Source: a virus
Taxonomy: Duplodnaviria; Caudoviricetes
IMG/VR virus record: IMGVR_UViG_3300010403_000004
Span: 142 to 64,141 of that record
Direction: 5' to 3' (one strand)
Length of the DNA: 64,000 nt
Of this stretch, positions 10,006 through 18,758 are shown one piece after another; the first letter of the stretch is position 1; every line of letters starts with the position of its first letter. The notes beneath the pieces were generated by a model. It was not told where the DNA came from. It worked only from the letters and a program-made list of their open reading frames with translations, and did no database searches. The position numbers and the translations under genes are program-made.

Positions 10006-12225
10006 TCACCTCACCGGCAACGAATTCTTATAATACGCCCGGATCAAGCTCAGAATGAAAAACTGATCCACAGACCCAGAGAAAACCTGAATACTCTGCT
10101 GCTCCGAGCGCAAGGCCCATTTTACCAGTATTTCCTTCCCCGGCGATGCGGATAAGGTGATAGGCGATGCCGCCGGGACTACGCTTCTGACGTGATCCAA
10201 CCCGAACGCGGTGATCTGCACGGTGCCGACCCCGTGAATGCGGAAGTGTGCCCCATCGTAGTCGTGGAGCGTCGTGGCGATATCCGTGGAGAGCGGCATA
10301 AGGCTCGTCTCGTTATACGTGACAATGCCGCTGGCCGCCCCACTCATATCTACGTCGCGATGGATCAGTGTATCGGACGGGATGGTGCGCCTGATCAAAG
10401 GTCCGGGGTTCGACCGGTTCGGCGCGTACCAGACCTCATCGAAACCGGTTGAGATATTGCGGATAACTCCGCTCGCCCCTGCGCGGTAGATAGCAAACGC
10501 GTTCATCGAGTACATCAACTCCCCGACTTGCTCGCCCATCGAGTAGTTCCACGACATCTCCACATTCGGCGCGTTCGGAGCGACTACGCCTCCGCCGGTA
10601 TAGGTGCCATTCCCGGCGACCGGGATGGTGAACGTATTGCTTCCGGTGACGGTGATCACTTGCGTCGTGTTTGCGTTCGTGTTGCCGCCAACGCCGGTGA
10701 TCGTGACGCTCAACCCGTTCTGCATCAAATGCGGCTGCGCGACCACCTGCCCGCTGACGAGCACTCCAGTGGTGATCGTGATTGGGTTCGTATTCGACGC
10801 CGCCGTGACGAGGACCTTGAGCGGCGCGGTGACCCGCACCACGCGATCAAGCGCGTCGTCAACGATCTGTATCTGCGTGGGGTTCGCCCAGTTGATTCGG
10901 TTCCAATCGGGAGCCTGCCAGTACGACAGCGGAACGGACGGGAACGGCCCGCTCTTGTAGGCGAACAGTCCCTTTTCCGATGCCAGCAGAATTCTTCCGT
11001 TGCTGGCGAGAATGCAGGACGGAGCCAAAATGCCCACTGATCCGTCAATGCGGGCCGGAGCGGTCCACGTGGACGGGTAGCCGCCGCTATCGGAGCACGA
11101 GTACAGCCCCGATAGCGTGGCGATGTAGCACACCGCGTCAATCGACACCCCGGCGACCGGAATCTGCTTGCCCTCAATGTAGACTCCGTGGAAGGCCGCG
11201 GTCAAAGACTGGTACGCGTCCTTGTCAGAAAAGTACACGACAGGAAATCCGGCGGAATCGACGGTCACGTACCCCATGCGCGACGAGAACAGGAAGATTG
11301 CCGACGGCTTGAACGGGGCGGTACCGGCCTGGTTCGCCGTGAGCAGGTTCTGGCTCTGCGTGACATCTGTGCCCGCCACGAGGTCCCCGTCAGCGATATT
11401 CACCGTGATCACTACGTTGCCTGGAGTGGTGGGAACGTTGCCGACCGCGCCAGCAACGAGGAAGTACCGCGCCGGATTCGCTACTGAAGACATGACGATC
11501 TGAATGGTTCCGCCAGGGGTGAGGTACGAAGGAATTGACGCGAAGGCGACGGTGACCGACCACGAATGGACGCCATCCGGCGCGGTCACCGTATAGGGTA
11601 CGAAGACGCCCGCCGACGTGACCGGATTCAACGCGCCCGTGTAGCCGTTGCGCGTCGTGAAGACGAACCCGAGGCGGTGCGCTCCTGTGGTAACGACGCC
11701 CGCGCCGGCCGTGGTATTCACCGACATCGATGCGACCGTTGTTTGGAGCGGTTGCGCAAACAACTGATCCGAGTTGGGTCCGGCCAGCCCGTAAACGTAC
11801 GCCGCATTGGTGCCGACGCGCCCGGTGATGTCGCAAAACGCGAGGTAACCACGGATGCCGTCGGGAGCGAACGACAGGTACTTGCCGTTGGTGACCGCAA
11901 CGAGAGAGACAAAGGACGCGGACGCCTGACTCCACGCCTTCGCGCCGACCGCTGGCGCATAATAGACGGCGTAGCAGTCCTGGACGCCCGCAAGGTTAAA
12001 GTACCACGGAGCGAGCGACGTTACCGCGCCGTCGCCGTTGGGGATTTGTGAGACGAGAGAAACGCCGCGCCTGGGGGACACCTGAACGGTGCCCCCAGGC
12101 GAGACGATAAAGTCAATGTTTTGCGAGTAGAGCCCGTGGTCTGGGTCAAGCGCGTAATCGTCACTCGCTTGCGCAGATCCCTTGAATTGAGAAATCTGAA
12201 CCGGAAGCGTATCAAAGTAGGCCAT
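10006..12225 (-). CDS. putative tail nozzle/stabilisation protein (tail tubular B-like)
   Basis: 739 aa beta-rich; N-terminal SQNIDF...PRRG; central VYFSD; synteny upstream of ejection proteins. Confidence 0.6.
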   Translation of the reverse strand: MAYFDTLPVQISQFKGSAQASDDYALDPDHGLYSQNIDFIVSPGGTVQVSPRRGVSLVSQIPNGDGAVTSLAPWYFNLAGVQDCYAVYYAPAVGAKAWSQASASFVSLVAVTNGKYLSFAPDGIRGYLAFCDITGRVGTNAAYVYGLAGPNSDQLFAQPLQTTVASMSVNTTAGAGVVTTGAHRLGFVFTTRNGYTGALNPVTSAGVFVPYTVTAPDGVHSWSVTVAFASIPSYLTPGGTIQIVMSSVANPARYFLVAGAVGNVPTTPGNVVITVNIADGDLVAGTDVTQSQNLLTANQAGTAPFKPSAIFLFSSRMGYVTVDSAGFPVVYFSDKDAYQSLTAAFHGVYIEGKQIPVAGVSIDAVCYIATLSGLYSCSDSGGYPSTWTAPARIDGSVGILAPSCILASNGRILLASEKGLFAYKSGPFPSVPLSYWQAPDWNRINWANPTQIQIVDDALDRVVRVTAPLKVLVTAASNTNPITITTGVLVSGQVVAQPHLMQNGLSVTITGVGGNTNANTTQVITVTGSNTFTIPVAGNGTYTGGGVVAPNAPNVEMSWNYSMGEQVGELMYSMNAFAIYRAGASGVIRNISTGFDEVWYAPNRSNPGPLIRRTIPSDTLIHRDVDMSGAASGIVTYNETSLMPLSTDIATTLHDYDGAHFRIHGVGTVQITAFGLDHVRSVVPAASPITLSASPGKEILVKWALRSEQQSIQVFSGSVDQFFILSLIRAYYKNSLPVR

Positions 12226-12245
12226 TGGTTGACCGGTGCTAGCGC

Positions 12246-13652
12246 TTACGCGGGCGTCAAGCTAACCGTCACTGTCACGCCCGCCAGCGTGGTCAGGGTG
12301 CCAGCAAAGTCCACCGACAGCCGATCACCCGCCATCAGGTAATTGAATTGCGCATTGACGAACGTTCCCACCTGAACGGTGTTCGCGGTACCCTTCATGT
12401 CGAAGCCTGCGTTGGTATTGTTCGACAGCAGATCGGTTCCGGCCCCCGGTGCGTCGGTAGCCTTGTCGCGCGTGACCTGTAAGGTGACTGCGCCGCCGTC
12501 TGTGCCCGCGACCGAGTGGACCTCGGTGATCACATCGATGCGGTAGTTTCGGTCTGCCGTGAAGAACGCCTGATCTGCGAGATTGGCATTCTTGGACAGA
12601 GTGAAAGTCACTTCCTTGCGACGTTCGGTCGCCTGCAAGGTCGCCACTAGAACGACCCCGGCAAGGGCCGTCAGTGTGCCCGCATAGTCTACCGAGAGTC
12701 GATCCCCAGGAGCGAGCCGCAAGCTGGCCGCGGTCGCGGTGAGGGTGCCCGTTTGGACCGTGTTAATGGCCGCCTTGCAGTTGAATCCGGCATTGGTGTT
12801 ATTGGTCAGGAGATCGGTGCCAGCGCCCGGAGCGTTGGTCGATGTGTCCTTGACGAGCTGGAGGTTCACCGCAGAGCCGTTCGTGCCGAGCGTGGAGTGA
12901 ACGTAATAGGACGACGTGACGATGTAGTCCCGGTTGGCCAGAAAAATCGACTGGTCAACGAGGTCACCGTTCGCCTGCATGTTGTAGCAGATCCACTTGG
13001 AGCCATCGAGCGGGGCGAAGGTGATGGTGACCACGACGCCGGCAAGCTCTGTGCCTGCCGTCGAAAACTTGATTCCAAGGCGATCTCCGGCGGCATATTG
13101 CAGGAGCGGGTCGCTGTTGTCGCCTGTGCTGGGTTGGCTGAGGGTGGCAGTCTGAAGCGTGTTCGCCGTGCCCTTCATGTTGAAGGTGCCGCTCATCGCT
13201 GTCGTGCCGCTTCCCGGAGCAGTTGTTCCGGTGAGTTTCTCGATGTAGGCGGTCATCGTCGCAGCGGTGGACTCAGCAGTTGCGTGAATCTCCGTGATGC
13301 CCACCAGTCGAGACGCGGTGGGGACGATGAAAAAGTGCTGACTTACCAGAGACGCGGCGGTCGAGAGGTTGAACTTGCAGTGCTGGTACATCGGAACATA
13401 CTGCTCCTCGGAAAGGAGCACATTGTTCAGACCGTCAACGCTCATGCCTGCGACAACCCCGGTTCCGGCGGCATTTCCCCAGAGTTGCTGGTACGTGTTG
13501 TCGTAAACCCCGATTCCAGACCCTCCGAGAGTTGGTGCATTGGCCAGATTCGCAGCGACACCGCGTCCTCCAGGGTACTGCTTGGAAAACGGAGCGCGAA
13601 TGCGACCTGTCAGTGAATCGACGGCTGCTTGAGCCTGCGATAGAAGTCCCAT
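12246..13652 (-). CDS. virion protein with three tandem beta-sandwich repeats
   Basis: Three ~120-aa repeats, each with APG(S/A)GT...GDRL...LAGV; AGGAG RBS. Confidence 0.65.
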   Translation of the reverse strand: MGLLSQAQAAVDSLTGRIRAPFSKQYPGGRGVAANLANAPTLGGSGIGVYDNTYQQLWGNAAGTGVVAGMSVDGLNNVLLSEEQYVPMYQHCKFNLSTAASLVSQHFFIVPTASRLVGITEIHATAESTAATMTAYIEKLTGTTAPGSGTTAMSGTFNMKGTANTLQTATLSQPSTGDNSDPLLQYAAGDRLGIKFSTAGTELAGVVVTITFAPLDGSKWICYNMQANGDLVDQSIFLANRDYIVTSSYYVHSTLGTNGSAVNLQLVKDTSTNAPGAGTDLLTNNTNAGFNCKAAINTVQTGTLTATAASLRLAPGDRLSVDYAGTLTALAGVVLVATLQATERRKEVTFTLSKNANLADQAFFTADRNYRIDVITEVHSVAGTDGGAVTLQVTRDKATDAPGAGTDLLSNNTNAGFDMKGTANTVQVGTFVNAQFNYLMAGDRLSVDFAGTLTTLAGVTVTVSLTPA

Positions 13653-13835
13653 TGTCTTTTTCTCCTGTTCCGCACTGCGTTCCTGACCTGATGGTCAAGC
13701 GCTCCGTGCGCTCATGGGTTAGTATAGCAATGTGGGGATGGGACCGGGAAAGGAATCATGCGAGTCCAAAGGGCTGTGACACGGCCAGCCACGCACTGAG
13801 TACCGGCGGAGAGCTTCGGCGGCCCGTCCCCGCCA

Positions 13836-14819
13836 TCACCCCAGCAGATAGGCGCCCCACCGAGCACGCTTGTCTCGGAACGCGCCTTGACGCCGCGTCG
13901 GGCCGCGCTGATCCGCCATCACCTGCGACCGATAGAACAGATCGATCAGGCTGTCCTCTTGCGGGTGCATCGGGTCGCCGTACGCCTTGTTCCTGAGCCT
14001 CTCGGCCATGGGGAACCACTGCTTTGCTTGGGCTGCGTTCGCCGCCGTCGCTGTCGATAGGAAATCCCGGCAGTTGTCGATCCAGATCGTGTAGTTCGGG
14101 CTAATCGGAGCCGTCCCCGAAGCGTAGTACGTCATGCGGAGTTGGACGTTGCCAGTCGCGCCGCGAAACGTTAGGCGCCCATTCGCCCACAGGTAGTTCC
14201 CGAGCGTGGCCCCCGGTGCGCCATCCAGCGCGGCCATGAGATCGACAGGGAACACCTCCGTGAACGAAAAGTTCCCGCTGGGGTAGAACGCGCCGCCAGT
14301 CCCGGCGATGCCATCGGATGCCGAGCCGTTGAGGGTGAACGTAGTCGCCCCGGTCACCGTGGCGAACCAGTTCCCCCACGGGGCGGCGGTTCCAAGCACG
14401 CCAGACACTGCGCCCTCGACCATTGATCCGATGGAGTAGCCATGGGGTGCGGATGTCGTCACGACGATAGGGGTTGCGGCGCTGGTGCTTGTGATGGCAA
14501 CCGCGGTCGGAGCCTGTCTCTCCTCAATCTGTTCCGGTTCGGAGAAATCCACAATGCCATACGTTACCGGGATCACGACTGTTGTGTTCGCTGGAAGCGT
14601 GATGTAGACCGAGTTCTGTACGCGCTTCGATGCGCCAGTGATCTTGGAATACATCGTGCGGTATGGCTCGCCGAATAAGGAACCCGACCCCGGCGTACCG
14701 CCAGAGGTTGCACCCGTGAGGAGGAAATTGTTGGTGAAGAGTTCGCCACCAGAAATCTGCGTGTCCGCCAGCATCGTTCGGACATCATCGAAAATCTCTT
14801 GCAGCGTACATTGAGCCAT
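13836..14819 (-). CDS. putative head-tail adaptor (tail tubular A-like) with FCCH-like insert
   Basis: N-terminal TLQEIFDDVRTMLAD helix; helical C-terminus; internal APHGYSIG...VTGATTFTL. Confidence 0.6.
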   Translation of the reverse strand: MAQCTLQEIFDDVRTMLADTQISGGELFTNNFLLTGATSGGTPGSGSLFGEPYRTMYSKITGASKRVQNSVYITLPANTTVVIPVTYGIVDFSEPEQIEERQAPTAVAITSTSAATPIVVTTSAPHGYSIGSMVEGAVSGVLGTAAPWGNWFATVTGATTFTLNGSASDGIAGTGGAFYPSGNFSFTEVFPVDLMAALDGAPGATLGNYLWANGRLTFRGATGNVQLRMTYYASGTAPISPNYTIWIDNCRDFLSTATAANAAQAKQWFPMAERLRNKAYGDPMHPQEDSLIDLFYRSQVMADQRGPTRRQGAFRDKRARWGAYLLG

Positions 14820-14822
14820 GGC

Positions 14823-15173
14823 TTATTGAAGTGTGGGCTTGGGGGCCTTTGGCTGCTTGGGGGCCTTTGGCTGTGGAGTCGGTTCCGGGTCTGACTTGGG
14901 GTCGGCCGCGGCGTCCACATCGACTGTCGGCGGATACGGTTGTACCCCTACATGCTCTGGGAGAGCATCCCGCGCTTGAATCTCGCGCTTCCGGATGTCA
15001 TCCACTCCGATGCGATTGGCGAAACCGGCCGGGAAGTTCACGTGCGACGGATACTCCGCGCCAAGCCGGTATGGATTCACCGCCTCATGGCGCGTGCTAT
15101 CCATGCCGTGCTTCCAGCCGCATGCCTGACAGCCGAGCGCGTTGAGAGTGTGATCGCAATTGGGACACAGCAT
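14823..15173 (-). CDS. hypothetical protein with N-terminal zinc ribbon
   Basis: CPNC...CQAC; PKAPKQ repeats. Confidence 0.55.
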   Translation of the reverse strand: MLCPNCDHTLNALGCQACGWKHGMDSTRHEAVNPYRLGAEYPSHVNFPAGFANRIGVDDIRKREIQARDALPEHVGVQPYPPTVDVDAAADPKSDPEPTPQPKAPKQPKAPKPTLQ

Positions 15174-15182
15174 AACGTCTCC

Positions 15183-15914
15183 TTATACCGACTGTTGAGC
15201 AGCCGCCTTCTCGATCTTGAGCAGATGCGCCGGAGTTTCCTTCACCTGACGATTGCACGACGGGCACACGATAGCCTGGTTGCTGATCATCGTGGTACAC
15301 CACGGGCACGGGCCGCTGTCGCTGGCCATGTCGCGGTGGCTCCACTCGCGCTTGTACCCTAGCCAATCCGCGCCGAGGCGCATTGTGTCGGTGATCTCTT
15401 TCCAGTTATTCTGCTTGTGCAGCCGTTCGCCTTCGGTGAACAGGTACTCGAAGTACATCGACTGCATGGCCATCATGGACCTCAACTCGCTGACGCTGGG
15501 TCCAGGAAGGTCCCCCGTGTCGGCGTACTTCTTCAGTTCGACCTTCATCGGCACGATCTCAATGAGTCCGGGGGATGCCCCCTGCGGGACGTTGAACAGC
15601 CCGCCCGTGTGTTCCTTCAAGATGTCCGCGACAATCGTTTCCACCGCAACCGGCTTCGGAAGGCGCGGCTTCTGCGGGTTCTGGTTGCCCATCGCGGACA
15701 GCGCAGTGATGTCGAGGACACTCTCGAACGAGTCGTAGATCGGCAACACGAACGCCCGCTCGCCACGCGCGACTGGCTCAAAAACAAATGCCGTGGACCG
15801 TTGGGCCGTGGGGCCTTCGCTGTTGCGGCTGGGTCCGTAGTGCCGGCGAATGGTGGGAAGTTGTCCGGGGTAGATCGAGGCGATGAACTTCACGTCGGGG
15901 ATGTATCGGGCCAT
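15183..15914 (-). CDS. hypothetical protein with C-terminal zinc ribbon
   Basis: CPWC...CPSC; AGGAG RBS. Confidence 0.65.
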   Translation of the reverse strand: MARYIPDVKFIASIYPGQLPTIRRHYGPSRNSEGPTAQRSTAFVFEPVARGERAFVLPIYDSFESVLDITALSAMGNQNPQKPRLPKPVAVETIVADILKEHTGGLFNVPQGASPGLIEIVPMKVELKKYADTGDLPGPSVSELRSMMAMQSMYFEYLFTEGERLHKQNNWKEITDTMRLGADWLGYKREWSHRDMASDSGPCPWCTTMISNQAIVCPSCNRQVKETPAHLLKIEKAAAQQSV

Positions 15915-15963
15915 TTAGACTCCTGTGCGGATAATAGCACGGGAAAGGATAGGGTGGGTATAG

Positions 15964-16061
15964 AGTAGCGCGGGAGCGGAGAGTTCTTTTGAAGGATGAT
16001 GACCACTTCCCCCGAAATTTGCCATCCGCCCCTAGGGAACGCTGTTTTCTCCCGCGCTACT
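15964..16061. other. long intergenic stem-loop
   Basis: 13-bp inverted repeat AGTAGCGCGGGAG (15964-15976) / CTCCCGCGCTACT (16049-16061) with inner pairings. Confidence 0.6.
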
Positions 16062-16113
16062 TGGTAAGGAGTTGAAACGTTGGAGGTATCGTATCACAGC
16101 AATAGGGACTTTA

Positions 16114-16806
16114 CTAGACCCGATCCCGCCGCGTCCAAGGAAAGCTGACAAACCCGCCGCGCTTGCCCGGAGTGGGGTTCAAATACGCCCCGAACGCATC
16201 GCGCACGCAATCCTCGATCTCGCGCCGCTTCGCCGCCTCGCGGATGTCCTCGCTCGCCAGCATATCTCCTAGCCGCGCATCGAAGCTCAGTCGAGTCTGC
16301 TCTTTGACAAACGCGATGAACGCCTCGGTGTCGTTGAGGTTGGGCTCCCGGTCGCCACCCGGGGAGCGCGGCAAAAACGCATCAGTCGGGACGCGCCACC
16401 CGCGCGAGGGAAAATCCGCGCCGGGGAACCGCGCGTTCCACATCTCCAGCAGCCGCGCGTCGGTGGGTCCGCGGCCATCTGGCAGCGGGTCACCATGCTT
16501 GCCGATCCACCCCCAGATCAACTCCTCTGCCGTGAGGAGCTTCGTGACATACCACGCGGAGTTGCGCACCTGACGGTTTGCCACGTAGTCTGGCACCACG
16601 AGTTCCTCGGTACAAGACTCAACCCCGCCGCCGATGATCGGCACGTCGAACGTGCGCATCTTTTTCGTGCTCTGTCCGGTCCGGAACGCGGGCCAGAACA
16701 GCTTATCGGAGTGTTTCCACGCAAAGATGGAGTGTCCGTCGCGGCGACCGAGTTCGCGGCCAAGGAGATTGTCGAGTACCGATACCGCTTGGGGGGAAAT
16801 TGCCAT
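16114..16806 (-). CDS. hypothetical protein
   Basis: 230 aa; TATAAT upstream. Confidence 0.65.
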   Translation of the reverse strand: MAISPQAVSVLDNLLGRELGRRDGHSIFAWKHSDKLFWPAFRTGQSTKKMRTFDVPIIGGGVESCTEELVVPDYVANRQVRNSAWYVTKLLTAEELIWGWIGKHGDPLPDGRGPTDARLLEMWNARFPGADFPSRGWRVPTDAFLPRSPGGDREPNLNDTEAFIAFVKEQTRLSFDARLGDMLASEDIREAAKRREIEDCVRDAFGAYLNPTPGKRGGFVSFPWTRRDRV

Positions 16807-16864
16807 AATCAGTTGTGATTATAGTGTGGTGGGGTGGGGATGCGCAATGTGTAACAATGACCTT

Positions 16865-17557
16865 GTGAAATGGTTGTTCGTCGCTGCGCAGGTGATCGCG
16901 CTCGTGCGCCTGTTGTGGGTCCGCTTCCCTTACCCGTGCTTCCTCGCCGCTCTAACGCTCTGGACGGCCCAGGCGCTCAACGTCACGCTCGTAGCCCCGC
17001 TGGCCAGCAACCCCAGCGAATGGACCCGCACGTGGTGGCGATACCCTGAGATCGCGCTCATCATCGCCACCACCGCGGCTGTCATGGAAGCACTCGGGCG
17101 GTCACGGAAGCACGTGGAAGACTACCTGAACAGGCTCCTGCTACTGATATCGGCCGGCGCGCTCGCATTCGTCATCGTCCTGACTGGGATCTGCTTTGTC
17201 GCGCCGTTCCACGGCGATGACCAGGACCGGTTCAATCAACTTAGAGCGTGGTCATGGGCACTCATGGCGCTCTGGATGGTCGCATCGGACCTGCTGCTCA
17301 CGCTGAGAGGCGTGGATCGTCCCACGGACGCCTGCTGGCACGCACGTCTGCTGATGGCGGTGATGATCGGGAAGATGTTGGTAGCGCCGTTGGTAGCCGC
17401 GCCAGACGAGGTGTGGCGTGACGCGCGGGCCGCGTACCGTCCGCTTGTGATTCTCGCTTGCTACTGTTGGGCTACTCGCTTCCCGCGCCGGCCGACCGTA
17501 CCTGATCGGGAGACAGGTCATGGCGAATTGCCACCAGCTCAGACCGCACACCGGTGA
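16865..17557 (+). CDS. multi-pass (6-7 TM) membrane protein, opposite strand to module
   Basis: Series of hydrophobic helices from (M)KWLFVAAQVIAL; exact start uncertain. Confidence 0.65.
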   Translation: MKWLFVAAQVIALVRLLWVRFPYPCFLAALTLWTAQALNVTLVAPLASNPSEWTRTWWRYPEIALIIATTAAVMEALGRSRKHVEDYLNRLLLLISAGALAFVIVLTGICFVAPFHGDDQDRFNQLRAWSWALMALWMVASDLLLTLRGVDRPTDACWHARLLMAVMIGKMLVAPLVAAPDEVWRDARAAYRPLVILACYCWATRFPRRPTVPDRETGHGELPPAQTAHR

Positions 17558-17690
17558 GCGCCGCGCGGATCTCGCGTTGTAGCTCGCGCTGATGCACGCT
17601 TGGACGCCGGAATCCGAGGAATAGCATTCCGCATGCACCGCCCAAGAACCCCACGAGAATAAGACCAACCGCCGCAAGTACGCTAGCCAT
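17472..17690 (-). CDS. small single-TM protein
   Basis: MASVLAAVGLILVGFLGGACGMLFLG. Confidence 0.5.
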   Translation of the reverse strand: MASVLAAVGLILVGFLGGACGMLFLGFRRPSVHQRELQREIRAALTGVRSELVAIRHDLSPDQVRSAGAGSE

Positions 17691-17733
17691 TTAAGGCAAT
17701 TGTACTATGCGTACGGAACCGCACGGGTTAAAT

Positions 17734-17877
17734 TTATTCGGGCGGCGGCGGTGACGTGGGAGGTGGGTCCGTGTCGGGCGGGAGTTGCGGCGGTTTCGGC
17801 TCGTCTGCTGGTTCGTCAGACGCGCTATACGTACGGCGTCGGCGAGTAGCGGCGACTGCGGTTTTATTACGACTCAT
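17734..17877 (-). CDS. 47-aa basic/Pro-rich peptide
   Basis: GAAAGGA RBS; MSRNKTAVAATRRRR...PPPTSPPPPE. Confidence 0.5.
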   Translation of the reverse strand: MSRNKTAVAATRRRRTYSASDEPADEPKPPQLPPDTDPPPTSPPPPE

Positions 17878-17882
17878 GTAGT

Positions 17883-18107
17883 TTATCCTTTCAGAATGAG
17901 TTTGACGATGACTTCGTAGAGCAATACAGCAACGCCGAGTGCGCCGACCGCCCTCCACTTAAACTCTTCGAGCGAGTCTAGGCGCGTGTGGATGCGGGTC
18001 AACTCACCTGGCTGGCCGTTGCCCAGCAGGTAATGGTCCAGACGGTCTAACACCGTCTCGATTTTGGTCAAGCGGCTCTCGATTGCGATGAGTCGGGTTT
18101 CGAGCAT
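17883..18107 (-). CDS. holin/XhlA-like small membrane protein
   Basis: Coiled coil + LGNGQPG + C-terminal TM, a layout common in phage lysis-region proteins. Confidence 0.5.
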   Translation of the reverse strand: MLETRLIAIESRLTKIETVLDRLDHYLLGNGQPGELTRIHTRLDSLEEFKWRAVGALGVAVLLYEVIVKLILKG

Positions 18108-18154
18108 CAGTACTCCCTATCTATGATATTACCCTTGGCGCGGGGCCGCTGGGG

Positions 18155-18481
18155 TCACGATTTCGCTTCGATGATCTTCTGCTCCACCGTGGCAGTCGTA
18201 CCGGGGTCCGTGGCCGGCTGGGGCGGTCCGGTAGTCGCAGACATGCTGAGTGTAGATGTGCCGCCTCCTGGAGAGGGAGGAATCGGCGGCAATCCAGGCG
18301 TGCTCTCGCCGGTCAGGTGGCGCAGCAGCGCACCGACCGCCATCCCGAACGGGACCGACACCGACATAAAGAATGCCCCGTCCGATCGGAACCAGAACTC
18401 GGCACCGAACATGGCCAGGAGCAGGATGATGGACAGGAATAGCAGGATCACCGCTGTCCCGGCGTTGCTGGCTACTTTCAT
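18155..18481 (-). CDS. two-TM membrane protein (holin candidate)
   Basis: Two hydrophobic segments followed by a Pro/Thr-rich tail. Confidence 0.5.
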   Translation of the reverse strand: MKVASNAGTAVILLFLSIILLLAMFGAEFWFRSDGAFFMSVSVPFGMAVGALLRHLTGESTPGLPPIPPSPGGGTSTLSMSATTGPPQPATDPGTTATVEQKIIEAKS

Positions 18482-18747
18482 GTGACTCCTTTGACGGGCC
18501 GTTGTCGCGACTCAATCACAGCCACGCGCTGGATCAGATTATTGATCTTGTCGTCGTGCCTGCCGATCATGTCGCAGGCGATGTCGTACGCCGCGAGCTT
18601 GGACGCCGCATCGTGCCGCCACTTCCGCAGCGCCTCAACCTCGATCTTCATTTCGCTGATCATGTAATTCATCCGACTGAGCAGAGCCACGAACCCGATC
18701 AACTGGGTAAGCAGGACAGCACCGAGCGATACCCATTGAAGGATCAT
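18478..18747 (-). CDS. TM + coiled-coil protein (holin-like)
   Basis: MILQWVSLGAVLLTQLIGFVALL; GGTGGAG RBS. Confidence 0.5.
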   Translation of the reverse strand: MILQWVSLGAVLLTQLIGFVALLSRMNYMISEMKIEVEALRKWRHDAASKLAAYDIACDMIGRHDDKINNLIQRVAVIESRQRPVKGVT

Positions 18748-18758
18748 CTCCACCTTAT

